From the NCBI GenBank assembly GCA_030141605.1, contig JAQGDQ010002449.1, positions 1 to 31,276 of the forward strand: a stretch of 31,276 bases of DNA. The letters run 5' to 3'. Within the stretch, counting starts at the first letter, position 1. Each line of letters opens with the position of its first letter. The position numbers were made by a program, and so were the translations under genes. Source of the DNA: Tubiluchus corallicola. Taxonomy: Eukaryota > Animalia > Priapulida. The notes below the pieces were generated by a model. That model ran no database searches, was not told where the DNA came from, and saw nothing but the letters and a program-made list of their open reading frames with translations. Below are positions 13,282-23,163 of the stretch, piece by piece.

Positions 13282-15914
13282 TTGAATTCCTCCACAATAC
13301 TCAATAGATGCATAAATTCGCCTCCATTGCCTATCTCGCCATCTATTTTGGCATCCAAGAACTTGTTCAGTATATCTGTAAAATCTGCAGAAGGCCTTAG
13401 ACCCATCTCTATTATGTCGTTCCCGCTGATATCGAGTTTGACGTCACTGTGCACTGTCAAGTAGTCCTTTATCGGTTTTTCCCCCTTCCCTTTCAGTAAT
13501 ACGCTGATGTAGAGAACAAACTCCGGGGGCAACTTCCTCAAATATCTGGCAATTTCCGATGGTTTCATTTCATCGATATTTCTGAGCTTATTTATGGTGT
13601 GTTTGGCTAAAATAACATTTTCCATCAGTTCTGTATTCATTCTATTGCCGAAAGAAAACCTCTTTGACACGTTCATGAGATCATCCTTATTTAGATCGTG
13701 AAAAAGGATGCAAAAACGAGGATACACAATGTTGAGCTTGTGATCCATCTGAACGGTATACCAATTACAAAGCTTGTCGAGCTTGCGCAAAGCTTCCTTT
13801 TTGTAGGTATTGTAAGTCAGTTTTTTATGGAAAAACCTGAATATGTCATATTCTGCCATAAGTTCGAGAGCCGTTCTGCATTTGTGCTCCTGTAGTATAT
13901 ATGACAACTCTTGAAACATCCTCGGGCCGGTGATTTTGTCAAAAAGCTCCAACTTCACAGCATGTTTCATCAATTTTGCGGTGTGGGGTCCGATTTCAAA
14001 TCCGAAACGCGCCGCAAATCTTACAGCTCTAAGACCCCTTGACGGATCATCGACAAAGCTTAAGTTGTGCAAAACCCTGATCTTGCCATCCAAAATATCC
14101 TTTTGCCCGCCAAAGAAATCGAGAAGCTGACCTTTATTATCGCCGTTTATCAAGATCGCCATGGAGTTTATGGTAAAATCCCTTCTATACAGATCATTCT
14201 TTATGGATGCGCCTTCAACCTCTGGGGTTGCAGCCGGAAATGTATAGTATTCCATACGGGATGACGCAAAATCGACACGGAATCCATCATCTAAAACCAC
14301 TACCGCGGTGCCAAATTTTGAATGTTCCGCAACTTTTGCGTTGTGCAACCTGGCATACTCCCGAGCAACAATTAACGCATCTCCCTCAACCACTATATCT
14401 ATGTCGTCGTTCTCATTCCTTATCAGCAAATCTCTGACGAAACCACCCACAACAAAAGCGTTCACCTCTAATTTGTCGCATATCTTCCCAACCCTATCCA
14501 TAACATCCAGCAACATCTTTGGCAGCCTTGCAATTATTGTGTCATATATATTTCTGCTCTTTGTCAACCCCAAGCTCGTTCTGTGGGTCTCCAAATGGGT
14601 AGGAAACTTTGACTGATTTTCATGCATAAGCTTCATAAGATCGGTGCGAGTAATAACACCTATCAAGATCCCCCCATCCTCTACCGGGAGAAGGCGTTGA
14701 TTACTGCCGAGCAATATCTCTTCTGCTTTGCTCAACGGTGTGTCAGGCTCTGCTATGCTAAATTCGATCTGCATAATAGTGTCTATACGCTCATCCTTAA
14801 ACCCATGCTTTATACCGTGAAGAATATCCTGCCTTGTGATTATGCCTACGGTTTTGCCGGACTTCACTATGGGCATGGCGTTCAGATTATTCCTCATAAA
14901 GATCTCTTTCGTCTTCTGAAACGTCTCATTGAAAGATACGCACTTTACCGGGCTATTCATATGCTCCCCCGCATAAAGAACGGCATTTATCTTCTCCTTC
15001 AACACCGACTGCAACTCCATGACAGCTTCCGGCAGCGCCATATTTTTGATCACAGCACTTGCAGCGCTCGGATGCCCGCCCCCACCAAAATGCCTGGCAA
15101 CAACAGCGACATCCACATTGGCTACGTTAGACCTACCTATCAAGAATATTCTGTCTCCACTGCGAACTAACACAAAAAGGGAGTCTAAACTCTCAATGTC
15201 CATAAGCTTATGAACGATGTACGCAAGCTCATCCACGTATTTGTCACTTGAAGCGTAACTTATATTTATCTCAATTCCGTCGATGGTGACGCTGCTCATG
15301 CTCATAAGAAGCTCGTTGAGGATGAATACCTGTTCTTTAGACATATCCCTCTTGATATAATCTGCAACGAGCGTCGGCTCTCCTCCGAATTCAAAAAGTT
15401 TCGCAGCAGCGCACATATCTCTAGTGGTAGTACTGGTAAATGTCATCAGCCCGGTATCTTCATATATTCCCATGAGGAGAAATGAAGCTTCCCAGGCTTC
15501 AATGTGCACTCCGCTATCAACGAGATGCTCCACGATCATAGTTGTCGTAGCGCCCAGCACATCTAAGCACTCATATTCTCCATCGATATCCTTATCAAAT
15601 GCCGGATGATGATCATAAATCTTCACAACCTTTGCCCTGTCGATGAGCTGCGCCAGATGCCCTACCCTTCTTCTGAGCTTGCAATCGGTAATGATAAGCT
15701 CATCAATTTCCCTATTTCCATACTCTTGGGCAAAGCTTTTCTCAGACACTACACTGATAGGCAGTGTTATATCCTCTTGCTTGATGTAATCGGAAACATT
15801 CCTTTCAGGAGGCGTGGGGAGAAAAATAATGTCCCCATCATGGAGCTTCAACGCAGCATAAGCGCTGCACACAGCATCAAAGTCAGCTTTAACATGAGTT
15901 ATAACAACCTTCAT
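13269..15914 (-). CDS. tRNA nucleotidyltransferase (A-adding or CCA-adding) with DHH, DHHA1 and CBS domains
   Basis: TH..ADFD, DHH and GGGGH..AASA motifs; CBS pair; class II NTase motifs GGFVRDLL, DIDIV, RRDFTIN, DDPSR. ATG at 15914 overlaps the xerD stop (TGATG). Confidence 0.9.
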   Translation of the reverse strand: MKVVITHVKADFDAVCSAYAALKLHDGDIIFLPTPPERNVSDYIKQEDITLPISVVSEKSFAQEYGNREIDELIITDCKLRRRVGHLAQLIDRAKVVKIYDHHPAFDKDIDGEYECLDVLGATTTMIVEHLVDSGVHIEAWEASFLLMGIYEDTGLMTFTSTTTRDMCAAAKLFEFGGEPTLVADYIKRDMSKEQVFILNELLMSMSSVTIDGIEINISYASSDKYVDELAYIVHKLMDIESLDSLFVLVRSGDRIFLIGRSNVANVDVAVVARHFGGGGHPSAASAVIKNMALPEAVMELQSVLKEKINAVLYAGEHMNSPVKCVSFNETFQKTKEIFMRNNLNAMPIVKSGKTVGIITRQDILHGIKHGFKDERIDTIMQIEFSIAEPDTPLSKAEEILLGSNQRLLPVEDGGILIGVITRTDLMKLMHENQSKFPTHLETHRTSLGLTKSRNIYDTIIARLPKMLLDVMDRVGKICDKLEVNAFVVGGFVRDLLIRNENDDIDIVVEGDALIVAREYARLHNAKVAEHSKFGTAVVVLDDGFRVDFASSRMEYYTFPAATPEVEGASIKNDLYRRDFTINSMAILINGDNKGQLLDFFGGQKDILDGKIRVLHNLSFVDDPSRGLRAVRFAARFGFEIGPHTAKLMKHAVKLELFDKITGPRMFQELSYILQEHKCRTALELMAEYDIFRFFHKKLTYNTYKKEALRKLDKLCNWYTVQMDHKLNIVYPRFCILFHDLNKDDLMNVSKRFSFGNRMNTELMENVILAKHTINKLRNIDEMKPSEIARYLRKLPPEFVLYISVLLKGKGEKPIKDYLTVHSDVKLDISGNDIIEMGLRPSADFTDILNKFLDAKIDGEIGNGGEFMHLLSIVEEFNCRK

Positions 15915-16918
15915 CAGCCCCTGCCCTTGGTGGAGTATCTCGGATGACAACTTAGCAGAGCATTCCTCTTGCTGTCATCCACGACGTGGGTATAGTTTTC
16001 CGTTGTGGATATGCTCTCATGTCCCAAAAACCTCTGTATAGTGCGTAAATCTGCACCGCCGCTCAAGAGATGCGTGGCAAACGAATGCCTCAACGTATGA
16101 GGTGAGATATCCTTTTCGATGCCTGCGGACTTGCAATATTTTTTTATGAGCAACCATACATATTGCCTGCTTATTTTTTCGCCGCGAGAGTTCAAAAACA
16201 TAATGCCGTTATCCGATTTCTTCACAAAATAATTCCGACGTACGCCTAAATAGTTCTCTATCCGTTCCGACAGAGAACTGTAGAAGGGGATAATCCTTTC
16301 TTTGTTTCCCTTGCCAAAAACCTTCACTATGCCCCGCTTGAAGTCTATATCACTAATCTTCATGCCGACGAGCTCGCTAACCCTGATCCCTGTGGCGTAC
16401 ATCATCTCTATCATGATTCTGTCCCGCAGTCCCAAGTGAGAGTTAGCATCCGGAGCATTCATCAGACTGTCAACTTCATCAAAGCCCAGAAAAGATGGAA
16501 GCTTGTCCCACTTAAGGGGTTTGCTCACAAAGTGTACCGGGTTGTCACCACACAGCCTGTCTGTTATCAGAAAATCATAATAGCATCCGATACCAGACAA
16601 TCTTCTCAGCATGCTCTCAATGGAGAGGTTTTGACTGCGCATATATTTCATAAAGTTGATAATGGTCTCAGGAGAAGCTTTATACACAGAATCTGCCCGT
16701 AGCTCAAACGCTTCAACGACAACTCTGTCAAGAAGCTCTTTTGACGGGGTGCTTGGAAAGCGCTCAGGATAGACATCTATACACATAAAGTAGAGTAGAG
16801 AATAAAGATCCAAAGTATAGGCTTTGATCGTGTTTTCGCTCAAAGCCAGCTCCATTCTTAGGTAGTCTTCGTAGTGTTTTATATAGTCTCTTACTCTTTT
16901 CAGTTCCACGCCGCCCAT
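15914..16918 (-). CDS. xerD: Tyrosine recombinase XerD
   Basis: YATGIRVSEL, GKGNKER, SPHTLRHSFATHLL.GGADLR, LGH..ISTT..Y and terminal HPR; full catalytic residue set. Confidence 0.88.
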   Translation of the reverse strand: MGGVELKRVRDYIKHYEDYLRMELALSENTIKAYTLDLYSLLYFMCIDVYPERFPSTPSKELLDRVVVEAFELRADSVYKASPETIINFMKYMRSQNLSIESMLRRLSGIGCYYDFLITDRLCGDNPVHFVSKPLKWDKLPSFLGFDEVDSLMNAPDANSHLGLRDRIMIEMMYATGIRVSELVGMKISDIDFKRGIVKVFGKGNKERIIPFYSSLSERIENYLGVRRNYFVKKSDNGIMFLNSRGEKISRQYVWLLIKKYCKSAGIEKDISPHTLRHSFATHLLSGGADLRTIQRFLGHESISTTENYTHVVDDSKRNALLSCHPRYSTKGRG

Positions 16919-16924
16919 CCAGTT

Positions 16925-16953
16925 ATGATATTACACAGCGGTTGACAAGTCAA
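16925..16953 (-). promoter_or_regulatory. Putative sigma70 promoter of the xerD operon
   Basis: Minus strand TTGACT-17 bp-TATCAT. Confidence 0.55.
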
Positions 16954-17118
16954 ACAAATATCCCACCCACAAAAATCTTTACCCATCCGACTGGATCAAA
17001 CCGAACAATCTTGACAAACATACCATTCACCACACAGTCAATGAAGGGTCGACATTGCAATCATTTCAAACACAATATCTTAAAACGTGAATCCTTGGTT
17101 AATATTCGCAATAAAAAG

Positions 17119-17148
17119 TTGCATTTTATATTTATTTGCCGTTATAAT
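17119..17148 (+). promoter_or_regulatory. Putative sigma70 promoter of the malic enzyme gene
   Basis: TTGCAT-18 bp-TATAAT with an A-rich upstream element. Confidence 0.55.
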
Positions 17149-17246
17149 TCCATTCTCGGGTTTGTGTGGAAACTTGCAACATTCCTCTTAAACCCCAAGC
17201 ACGACGAATGATTACAATTCTGTACATATATTTTTTGGAGGTAGAC

Positions 17247-18542
17247 ATGGACAAAAATGAAATGAAGAAGTTGGCACTTGAAATGCACGAGACTTATCCT
17301 AAGGGAAAGCTGGAAGTTATCCCCACTAAGTCATGTATTACTCAAAAAGACCTTTCGCTCGCTTACTCTCCGGGAGTAGCTTACCCCTGTCTTGAGATTG
17401 AAGAAGATCCTGCAAATGCTTACAGGTATACGAACAAGGGCAACCTTGTAGCCGTTATATCCAATGGAACCGCAGTTCTTGGGCTCGGAAACATTGGCGC
17501 AATGGCTGGTAAACCTGTGATGGAGGGCAAAGCTCTCCTTTTTAAGAGGTTTGCCGATATTGATTCTTTTGACATAGAACTTGAGACTGAGGATTCAGAA
17601 GAGATAATCAGGGCGTGTGAATTGATGCAGCCGACTTTTGGCGGAATAAACCTTGAAGACATAAAAGCTCCTGAATGCTTCCACATTGAAGAAGAGTTGA
17701 AGAAGCGACTCAACATCCCTGTATTTCACGATGATCAACACGGCACAGCAGTAATAGCATCCGCCGGTATACTAAACGCCTTGGAAATAGTTGACAAAAA
17801 GATCGATGCGGTCAAGGTCGTAATAAGCGGAGCTGGAGCAAGTGCTATATCTGTGGCAAAACTTTTTGTACTCATCGGCATGAAGAAGGAAAATATCACC
17901 ATGTTTGACAGCAAAGGTGCAATCTACAAGGGCCGCACCGAAGGTATGAACAAGTATAAGGAAGAGTTTGCTTCAGGTTCCGAAAATATCAGCATGGCAG
18001 ATGCTGCAAAGGGAGCTGACATCATGATCGGCCTATCCCAAAAAGGGATGTTCACCAAAGATATGGTTAAGAACATGGCAGCTAACCCCATAATATTTGC
18101 CATGGCAAACCCCGATCCTGAAATAACTCCGGATGAGGCAAACTCCGTGAGAGATGACCTGATCATAGGCACAGGACGCTCTGATTACCCCAATCAGGTG
18201 AACAACGTTCTCTGTTTTCCATTCCTGTTCAGAGGTGCTTTGGATGTTGAAGCCACAGACATAAATGAAGAGATGAAGATCGCTGCCACCTACTCCCTCG
18301 CAAAGCTTGCAAAAGAGCCGGTGCCATCCGAAATATGCAAAGCTTACGGAGTGGATAGCCTAACCTTTGGTAAAGACTACATAATACCAAAACCATTTGA
18401 CCCGAGAGTGCTCGATTACATGGCTCCAGCAGTCGCAAAAGCTGCCATGGAGACTGGTGTTGCGAGAAAGCAGATAAAAGATTTCGGCGAATATGCAAAA
18501 GATCTTGCAGAAAGAGCGAAAAATATCCAAAAATTACTGTAA
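17247..18542 (+). CDS. NAD(P)-dependent malic enzyme, MaeB-type N-terminal module without a PTA domain
   Basis: GGAGG RBS then ATG at 17247; LAYSPGVA, NGTAVLGLGNIG, KPVMEGK, INLEDI, FHDDQHGTA, GAGA, ANPDPEI, TGRSDYPNQVNN. Confidence 0.93.
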   Translation: MDKNEMKKLALEMHETYPKGKLEVIPTKSCITQKDLSLAYSPGVAYPCLEIEEDPANAYRYTNKGNLVAVISNGTAVLGLGNIGAMAGKPVMEGKALLFKRFADIDSFDIELETEDSEEIIRACELMQPTFGGINLEDIKAPECFHIEEELKKRLNIPVFHDDQHGTAVIASAGILNALEIVDKKIDAVKVVISGAGASAISVAKLFVLIGMKKENITMFDSKGAIYKGRTEGMNKYKEEFASGSENISMADAAKGADIMIGLSQKGMFTKDMVKNMAANPIIFAMANPDPEITPDEANSVRDDLIIGTGRSDYPNQVNNVLCFPFLFRGALDVEATDINEEMKIAATYSLAKLAKEPVPSEICKAYGVDSLTFGKDYIIPKPFDPRVLDYMAPAVAKAAMETGVARKQIKDFGEYAKDLAERAKNIQKLL

Positions 18543-18552
18543 ATTGTGAATG

Positions 18553-18579
18553 ATGAACGCCCCAAGCCGGGGCGTTCAT
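18553..18579. terminator. Intrinsic terminator hairpin between the convergent malic enzyme and SulP genes
   Basis: ATGAACGCCCC-aagcc-GGGGCGTTCAT, a perfect 11-bp stem followed by TCTTTT on the plus strand. Confidence 0.75.
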
Positions 18580-20260
18580 TCTTTTAACCCGCCAGAAATG
18601 CCACTTAACTCTTTCGACAATATTGGAGCTCGCTTGTGCATACCGTGGGATATGTCTGCGGCATGTTTTAGTGCATCCTGCCTGCTTTTGTGTATGTGAC
18701 TCGGCGTTAAACTCTTCAGCGCATCAAAGCTTTCCAGCGTCTCCCTGATGTTGGAAGAGAGCCCCACCACCAAAATATGCTTATTTGCGCCCTGCACCCT
18801 TGATATAACATCTTCCAGGGCTACAGACGTGGTGCTGTCTATCATATTCACTTTGCTCATATCAAGCACCATGACATCATATTGCCTTACCCTTTCAATC
18901 TCTTTACCATGCCTCAGTCTGCACCGAAACTCATAGGCCCTTCCATAGAAATAAGCACAATTCTGCCCCTGTTTTGCTTCAATATCTCTTTTTCGATCCC
19001 TTCGAGTAGACTATCCTCATGCTCCTCGATCTCCTTAATGCTGTCGAGCTGCAGGTCTGCCATACGTTTTGTAAGCAACAAACTGGACAACACCACCCCC
19101 ACCACAACAGCGACGATTAGATTGACAAACACCGTCAGGAACAGCACCGTCAACATAAAAAAGATATCCGAACGAGGAGCCCTGTGTATACGTCTCAAAT
19201 ATCCCCAATCTATTATATCTATACCAACCTTAATGAGCATCCCCGCCAAAACCGCGTACGGGATATAACTCGCCATCCCCCCCAAACCCAAAACAAGAGC
19301 TAACAATATCATCGAATGAGTAATGCCAGAGATCGGACTTCGTCCACCCGTCTGAATATTTGTCACCGTACGCATGGTTGCTCCTGCTCCCGGGAGACCT
19401 CCAAAGGCACCTGCCACCATATTACCTATACCTTGTCCCACAAGTTCTTTATTAGGGTCGTGCTGCACTTGTGTTATATTTTCTGCCACCAGTGATGTCA
19501 AAAGGCTGTCAATACTACCGAGCAGAGCCAAGATAAGGGCTGACGTAATCATGTCTTGCACAAGATCAACAGATAGCGTAGGCATATATATGTCGGGCAG
19601 ACCACTGGGAATGGCACCGAGCGTCTCAGCATCTTTCAAAACAAAACCCACAACAAGCGCACCAACAATGAGCGCAAATAAAGGCGCAGGAAAGACGGTA
19701 TTTATACGATTTGGCATGAATAAAATAATCGCAAAAGCCATAAGACCTGCAAAAAATGAGTGAAGATTTATCCCCTTCATCTGTTCCGGCAATGCCTTCA
19801 AAGCATCTAAAACGCCATCCGGAGGCAAAACATAACCCATAAGAGGAGCAAGCTGAAGTATTATGATGATACACCCGATGCCGGTCATAAAGCCAGAAAT
19901 TACGGGAAAAGATATCAGAGATATATACCTGCCCAGCTTGAGGACACCAAACATTACCTGAAATAGACCAGCCAATATTATGATAGTGAACACAATTCCC
20001 AAATTTTCATGATATTTGGCAACGATCGACGCCATAACAACGGTCATAGGACCAGTAGGCCCGGATATTTGACTAGGCGTACCTCCAAAAACTGCAGCAA
20101 AAAAACCGATGCAGATAGCTCCGTATATTCCCGCCATGGGGCCTATACCAGAAGCCACCCCAAATGCTAAAGCAAGAGGCAACGCCACTATGGCGACGGT
20201 TATGCCACCGTAGATGTCGCCCTTCAGGTTGTCAATACGAAAGTCGTTCAAAATATTCAT
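18576..20260 (-). CDS. SulP/SLC26 anion permease (BicA/DauA-like) with STAS domain; interrupted near 18890-18916
   Basis: GDIYGGITVAIVALPLALAFGVASG, ISGPTGPM, IDSLLT, NKELVGQGIGN and GAGATMRT motifs. The STAS domain (GPMSFGA...VLDMSKV.MIDST) spans an in-frame TGA and a frameshift. Confidence 0.9.
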
Positions 20261-20298
20261 ACAATAACTCTTCAAAAAGGAACGGCGAATGACTAGAC

Positions 20299-20326
20299 AG
20301 TATGATATACAGCAACCCAAAGTCAA
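20299..20326 (-). promoter_or_regulatory. Putative promoter of the SulP gene
   Basis: Minus strand TTGACT-16 bp-CATACT. Confidence 0.4.
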
Positions 20327-20442
20327 GAAGTTATTAAAAACTTAATAATGCGCCTCCAAATCCAAACTAAATAGCGCTAAATTCTCATAAATAAACTGGT
20401 CGGCGACAAGACACTTTAAAAAAAGAATTTCTTAAGACAGTT

Positions 20443-20471
20443 TTGACAAAAATAAAGTTTTGTGCCACAAT
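20443..20471 (+). promoter_or_regulatory. Putative sigma70 promoter of the TRAP locus
   Basis: TTGACA-17 bp-CACAAT with an extended TG. Confidence 0.55.
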
Positions 20472-20552
20472 ATCAAAAAATGTTTAAAAAAGCGCAACAT
20501 ATCTCGTTCAAGCTCATTGCGGCTTTACTGACAAGGATGGAGGTTTGAAATC

Positions 20553-21524
20553 ATGGGGAAATTCACAACTATGATCGTACTGGGGGTACTGTTTACGATC
20601 ACACCTTTTGCACTATTTGCAAAAAAGACTGTGTGGAAATTCGGTCACATATCGAATGAAGAACATCAATGGCATAAAACAGCTGTATTTTTTGCAGAAG
20701 AGGTTGCAAAAAGAACGAATGGCGAGATAGAGATAAGGATCTATCCGAACAGCACCTTAGGCAGCGAAGTTGACGTCATAAAGCAGGTTCAGATAGGAAC
20801 TGCAGATATATCGTTAACAGGCGAAGCTATGCAAAACTGGGCTCCTATCACTGCTTTGACAGCTGTTCCTTATGCTTTTAAGGATGATGAGCATATGAAG
20901 AAGGTTATTACCGGCGACATTGGAGAAAAGATAGCGGATGAGATGAAAGCTAAAATTGGCATCATGCCGATCTATTATCATCTGAGGGCTCCGCGCAACC
21001 TGACATCCAACAAGCCCATACGCAAGCCTTCTGACATGCAGGGTTTCGTTTTGCGCGTTCCTCCCGTACCTCTCTTCATATCATTTTGGGAAAGTGTCGG
21101 GGCAAAACCTACGCCCATGTCATTTAACGAAGTGTTCACCGCTCTGCAGCAGGGAGCCATAGAGGGGCAGGACAATCCGGATGCACTCATATTGTCGGCG
21201 GGTTTTTATGAAGTGCAGAAATACCTCAATGAGAGCGAACATGTAAGGCAGTGGGTATACGTATCTATCGGCGTAAAACAGTTCAACTCCGTAAGTTCAG
21301 AAAAGCAAAAAGCGATACTCGCAGCAGCAGAAACCACGCAAGAATATGCCAACAAATTGCATGTAGAGGAACAATTGGAAAATAGAAAAAGACTGCTAAA
21401 TGAGGGAATGGAGATAATAGAGGTAGACCAAGACGCATTTAGAATAGCCGGTACGCCCGGCATAAAGAAGAGCTTGAGTGAGGAAAATTATAAATTATAC
21501 GAAAAGATGCTTGAACTGGAATGA
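20553..21524 (+). CDS. dctP: TRAP transporter substrate-binding protein, paralog 1
   Basis: Signal peptide; IYPNS.LG.E, LRVP, GAKPTPM.F.EVFTALQQG.IEGQDNP, FYEVQKY; GGAGG RBS. Confidence 0.93.
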   Translation: MGKFTTMIVLGVLFTITPFALFAKKTVWKFGHISNEEHQWHKTAVFFAEEVAKRTNGEIEIRIYPNSTLGSEVDVIKQVQIGTADISLTGEAMQNWAPITALTAVPYAFKDDEHMKKVITGDIGEKIADEMKAKIGIMPIYYHLRAPRNLTSNKPIRKPSDMQGFVLRVPPVPLFISFWESVGAKPTPMSFNEVFTALQQGAIEGQDNPDALILSAGFYEVQKYLNESEHVRQWVYVSIGVKQFNSVSSEKQKAILAAAETTQEYANKLHVEEQLENRKRLLNEGMEIIEVDQDAFRIAGTPGIKKSLSEENYKLYEKMLELE

Positions 21525-21676
21525 GGAGTACGAGCTGTTTTTTGACTTTACGATAATGGTGTTTGAAAAAAAATATAACGAGTCCCTTAACCTAACGGCT
21601 CCGTTAAAAAATAGCTTGACAAATAGGCATCCGCGTATTACCTAAGTGCAGGATTATTTTTTTGGAGGTAGAATGT

Positions 21677-22644
21677 ATGAACAGAGTGTTGGTTTTATCT
21701 TTCTTGATGTTGTTTCTGGTGGCGTCAAGTCTCACGGTATATAACAAAGACTGTGTGGAAACTTGGTCACATAACCAATGAGGATCACCAATGGCATAAA
21801 ACAGCGGTTTTCTTTGCAGAAGAGGTTGCTAAAAGGACCGATGGCAAGCGAGATTAGGATATATCCGAACAGCTCCCTTGGCAATGAAGTGGACAACATA
21901 AAGCAGATACAGATAGGTGCAGCGGATCTCGTTCTCACTGGAGAGACCATGCAAAACTGGGCACCAAAGACCGCTTTAATGGCAGTTCCTTACGCTTTTA
22001 AGAGTGATGAGCATATGAGGAACGTCATAAATAGCGAAATAGGCGAGTCTATCTCTGACGAAATCGTCAAAAAGGTTGGTGTCACACCGCTTTATTACCA
22101 CTTGAGGGCTCCCCGCAACCTCACTTCAAATAAACCTATAAATAAGCCAGCTGATATGCAGGGCATGATCTTGAGAGTTCCTGCGGTGCCCCTTTTCGTA
22201 GCATTCTGGGAGAACGTTGGAGCAAAGCCTACACCTATGGCATTTAATGAAGTGTTCACCGCCCTGCAACAGGGAACCATAGAAGGGCAAGAAAATCCAG
22301 ACTCTCTCATACTGTCTGCTGGCTTTTATGAAGTACAGAAGTACATCAATGAAACCGAACACGTCAGGCAATGGATATACGCAGTAATAGGCAACAAGCA
22401 ACTTAAAGCTCTTAAGCCGGACGTCAGGGCTGCTGTACTGGAAGCTGCGGAAGCTGCCCAAAAGTACGGAGATGAGCTTTACGAAGAAGAAAAGATAAAC
22501 AACAGGAAAAAGCTGATAGAGTTTGGTATGACAGTGAACAAGGTTGATCAGGATGCCTTTAGAAAAGCTGGAGAACCCGGCATAAAGAAGAACTTGAGCG
22601 CCGACAACTATAAGCTGTACGAAAAGATTCTTGAGCTAGACTAG
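21677..22644 (+). CDS. dctP: TRAP transporter substrate-binding protein, paralog 2 (two apparent frameshifts near 21740 and 21849)
   Basis: GGAGG RBS then ATG at 21677 with signal peptide MNRVLVLSFLMLFLVASS. A shifted frame reads KTVWKLGHITNEDHQWHKTAVFFAEEVAKRT, matching paralog 1, before joining the tracked ORF at EIRIYPNS. Confidence 0.9.
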
Positions 22645-22665
22645 TTGTTTCATTTTAGAATTAGT

Positions 22666-23163
22666 ATGAAAAAACCTATAGAAACCATACTAAATATCGG
22701 GGCAGTGATCTGTTTTGCTGCCCTGATCATTTCAGTGCTCATACAGATTTATGCAAGGTTTGCCCTGCCTAGAGCTCCCTCTTGGACTGAAGAGGCTGCA
22801 AGATTTTTGTTGAATTTTGCGGTGGCGTTTGCAGCGCCGGTCGCCCTGAAGCATAGGGATTTTATCAACGTAGATATGCTGATAAGTGTGTTGCCTGAAC
22901 GGATGCAGAAATATTTGAATGCCCTCATATATCTTGCGATAGGTCTCGTTTCCCTTTTGATGATAAAGCACAGCGTAACCTTTATGAGTGGAGGCGTATA
23001 TCAGACTGCACCGGCTTTTCCTTCCCTTAGGATGAGTTATATCTATGCTTGCCAAGTTTTACTGTTCTCAGGGCTTGCCCTGTACGCATTTTATCACGTG
23101 GCGGGCTATCTCGATCTACCGAAACACATTAAAAAAATAAAAGGGAATGGCAGCTCATGTTGA
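22666..23163 (+). CDS. dctQ: TRAP transporter small permease
   Basis: Four hydrophobic segments, QIYARF and WTEEAAR motifs; sits between dctP and dctM. Confidence 0.9.
   Translation: MKKPIETILNIGAVICFAALIISVLIQIYARFALPRAPSWTEEAARFLLNFAVAFAAPVALKHRDFINVDMLISVLPERMQKYLNALIYLAIGLVSLLMIKHSVTFMSGGVYQTAPAFPSLRMSYIYACQVLLFSGLALYAFYHVAGYLDLPKHIKKIKGNGSSC

Noticed and set aside
15914-16918. Tyrosine recombinase as the integrase of a mobile element
   Set aside because: It has the XerD signature, is translationally coupled to housekeeping genes, and no att sites or cargo are seen.
16942-17211. 89 aa ORF in the xerD-malic enzyme intergenic region
   Set aside because: TTG start without an RBS, overlaps predicted promoters, and has no recognisable domain.
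18530-18580. Malic enzyme truncated from a MaeB-PTA fusion by a sequencing error
   Set aside because: The stop is followed directly by a terminator and the convergent SulP gene, leaving no room for a PTA domain; stand-alone forms are known.
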